From NCBI RefSeq assembly GCF_001194135.2, contig NC_068987.1, positions 89,566,919-89,630,918 on the forward strand: DNA of 64,000 bases, in the 5' to 3' direction. The translations under genes were made by a program, and so were the position numbers. Position 1 is the stretch's first letter. The number at the start of each line of letters is the position of its first letter. This document shows, one piece after another, positions 62,821 through 64,000 of the stretch. Source of the stretch: Octopus bimaculoides (taxonomy: Eukaryota). The notes beneath the pieces were generated by a model that did no database searches, was not told the origin of the DNA, and saw only the letters and a program-made list of their open reading frames with translations.

Positions 62821-63276
62821 ATGTGTGGAAAAAAGCTGACCTCATTATCAAGGCTAATGGAGCATAAAAGAGTCCACACAGGTGAACGCCCTTATGTTTG
62901 CCAGGTATGTCAGAAAAGGTTCACACAGAAAGCTCATCTGGTCATCCATAAGCGCACACACACAGGAGAGAAACCATATGCCTGTCATATTTGCCATAAG
63001 CGATTTGCACAGTCCTCCCATCTGAATAACCACAAGCGGATCCACACCGGAGAGAAACCTTACTTTTGTAATGTATGTAACTTAGGCTTTAGTCGCAAAC
63101 AGAGACTGGAGTTACATGTACTGCAACATGCACAGCAAAAGAGCACAAACAGTCAACAGATAAATAATAATGATGATGTGAACAGTACGAATAGTAATGA
63201 TAACAAATCTGTTGCATTTACATCAGAAGCTGAAGCTGCATACCAGCGCCCTCTATTAGATTCTACACAATCGCAG
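62821..63276 (+). CDS. C2H2 zinc-finger protein exon (3 complete fingers plus 1 N-terminally incomplete finger); gene continues beyond this exon
   Basis: TGERPY/TGEKPY linkers; fingers VCQVCQKRFTQKAHLVIHKRTH, ACHICHKRFAQSSHLNNHKRIH, FCNVCNLGFSRKQRLELHVLQH; N/S-rich spacer; probable donor CAG|GTTTGT at 63276/63277 (phase 0); upstream acceptor ttttcAG at 62740. Confidence 0.88.
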
Positions 63277-63527
63277 GTTTGTTATTATTGTCCTTCTATC
63301 ATGTTTCTTGTCAGTCTCCGAAATTTTTTCACCTCTTCTATTTGAAATGTTTTTGTCAGATAGATACAGGCGTGGCTGTGAGGTTAAGAAGCTTGCTTCT
63401 GAAACACGCGATTCTGGGTTCAGTCTCATTGTGCAGCAACACCTGTGGCAAGTATCTTCTACTGTGGCCCCGGGTTGATCAAAACCTTGTGAGTGGATTT
63501 GGCTGACAAAAACTGAAAGAAGCCCAT

Positions 63528-63570
<43 letters not shown>

Positions 63571-63774
63571 ATGCATGCATATGTGTGTGTGTGAGTTGGT
63601 ATCTCTTTGTCTTGACATTATGTGATTATTGTAAATGAGTTTCACCTTTTTTGATCATTCCAAGTACTCCTACGGTCACTGGCATTGTAACCGTCTTGAG
63701 ATGCCACATCTTTTCAATTTCAATCAGCAAATCTTTATATTTTCTGAGCTTACCAAATTCTTTTGTTGAGATAC

Positions 63775-63775
<1 letters not shown>

Positions 63776-63813
<38 letters not shown>
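63776..63813. repeat. (TTA)n microsatellite
   Basis: Direct reading. Confidence 0.96.
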
Positions 63814-63814
<1 letters not shown>

Positions 63815-64000
63815 GTTCAGTAGTTTTATTTTTATAACGTGCTTTCACTTCACTACCGAGCGCAGCTCTGTGCGCCTTGGGTATGTGCTGTGGATTGCTG
63901 TGGTGCTCTTATGTTCACTGTATTGAAAGTGTTTTGCGTAGAATGTGTGCAGTACCCAGTAGTGCAATTTTCTGTATGTTATATATATTTGTAAGTCCTG

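Noticed and set aside
63277-63345. ORF-track C-terminus VCYYCPSIMFLVSLRNFFTSSI of the ZNF
   Set aside because: Probably intron read-through past the CAG|GTTTGT donor at 63276.

Overview
This is eukaryotic, AT-rich, repeat-dense genomic DNA with assembly gaps. The repeat families (RTE LINEs with (GAT)n tails, tRNA-derived CORE/Deu-type SINEs) and a decayed 'YHCDICGKS'-type zinc finger suggest a cephalopod, probably Octopus (inference). Three spliced genes were reconstructed by hand from GT-AG sites with consistent codon phase; the ORF track shows only fragments of them. (1) The 3' portion of a tectonic (TCTN) ciliary transition-zone gene on +, 9 exons or exon parts, 1..18864. (2) A complete 5-exon, 269-aa CFAP97D/Hemingway-domain axonemal gene on -, 23402..28450, convergent with tectonic and ending in an unusual Pro/Glu-rich tail. 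(3) One exon of a C2H2 zinc-finger gene on +, 62821..63276, whose first finger lacks its first Cys. The rest is mobile DNA: RTE, Penelope-like and CR1/L2 fragments, mariner, Tigger, hAT and Merlin-like TIR elements, solo LTRs, SINEs and microsatellites. I cannot support a clearly new biological system. The best leads are the convergent ciliary gene pair, an inverted Penelope-derived insertion with two hammerhead-like cores, a fold-back mariner made of two 3' ends, a long-TIR element with an 8-bp TSD, and several near-perfect hairpins that would form dsRNA in pre-mRNA. Coordinates of repeat copies are approximate unless termini or TSDs are quoted.
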